Of a DNA stretch of 64,000 bases, positions 62,844-64,000 are shown one piece after another. A model generated the notes under the pieces. The model saw nothing but the letters and a program-made list of their open reading frames with translations. It did not search any database and was not told the DNA's origin. Each line of letters begins with the position of its first letter. The stretch's first letter is position 1. Source of the DNA: Podarcis gaigeae (lineage: Eukaryota). Position numbers and translations under genes: made by a program. Where the stretch lies: NCBI GenBank assembly GCA_964106915.2, contig OZ066914.1, one strand, 5' to 3'.

Positions 62844-64000
62844 CTGTAAAGAATTAGGAAACTTTTATTATTTTTATGTCCTCTCCCCTCATTTCCTTTA
62901 TGAGCCACATGTTCAGAACTTTACATTCAAGTTAGAATGCCTAAATATTTAGACACACAACACAACTTAATCTTAAACATATCTACTCAAATTAAGTCTT
63001 GCTTTGAGGCTTGCTTCCAGGTACAGGGCTGCAGCCTTGTATCCCTCAAAATGCATGACTCTGAAGCTAGAGGAATTCATTAGCATTAACTTTATTGCCC
63101 AAAAACCCCTCTTCTTTCCCTTTATTCTAGGTTAGCCTACTCCGGCTTCTCAACAAAATCCAGTTCTTCTCATATTGAGAGGAAATCAGATTTATTTAAA
63201 AGCAGTCAGCTTCCTCAAACTGATTGAATTTAAGATATATATTATATATATAAATAGCAGAAGAACCAAGATAAAAAGTGAAGAGCCCTGTTAATAACCG
63301 ACAGTTCAGAGGATGATGTCACTGCTTTAGCAGCCAACACTACAGCAATGAAACCACTGCAATGCAGCACAGCAATTCTTCCATCTAAGAGGCACACCCA
63401 AACAGGAGAACAGAAAGAGAAAGTGTACTGGACAAAGAATAGATCTTATCAGGAAAGAACCCTGTAATAAAGAGAACTGTATGCATTCCTTATAATATCA
63501 GCCAAAAAAGCACTATTTTTTCATTATAAAGTTGCTGTCAAAACTGTGAAACCTTTGCGCTGTGTACTTTCAATAAGCATCAATTTCCACAAAGCTTGAT
63601 TATAAACAGCAGCAACCTTGGTACTTCTCAAGTCATAGCCCTTTTCCAGGAGAAACTATACTGTAGCAAATGCTGCCAAAATGTAAGATTCTGCAAGCAT
63701 GTGTCCTTTTCTCCAAATCTTATGCAAAAGCATCAGGGTTTGCTTTGCAATTAATATAAAAAGTAAAAGGTTTAATACAGAAACATTTCACCATAGCTGC
63801 CATTCAATTTGATGAATAGGTTTGAATCAATCAAGACATCAATATGTGGCTTAAACTGTACAACACTGATTCCAGAAGAATGTCTTTAGGACACAAAATA
63901 TAGATTTCTCCAACAGACACGTTATTTGTTTTCAGCCTCAAAACTATCCTATTTCAAAGACTTCTTTAGATGAGAGAGAAAGAATATGCAGGAATATGTG

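Overview
Vertebrate genomic DNA, most likely from a squamate and probably a lacertid lizard (inferred from Sauria-type and Squam3-like SINEs). About 51 kb on the minus strand is the cytoplasmic dynein-1 heavy chain gene DYNC1H1. Exons 2-78 are present and exon 1 lies beyond position 64000. I traced every exon by its splice sites and phase; together they give one open frame of 13,685 nt ending at TAA 11589. The main finding is that the exon encoding most of the microtubule-binding domain (exon 52, 196 nt) occurs twice in tandem, at 29587-29782 and 29085-29280. The two copies have identical length and phase, intact splice sites and 73% amino-acid identity, with synonymous sites close to saturation. 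The 306-nt intron between them contains an inverted repeat of about 36 bp that would bring the upstream donor to roughly 50 nt from the downstream branch point, and UGCAUG motifs flank the second copy. This is the architecture of a mutually exclusive splicing switch giving dynein-1 two alternative microtubule-binding domains. A small uncharacterised 5-exon gene on the plus strand (3951-10076) converges tail-to-tail with DYNC1H1. Introns carry SINEs, MITEs, LINE fragments and microsatellites.
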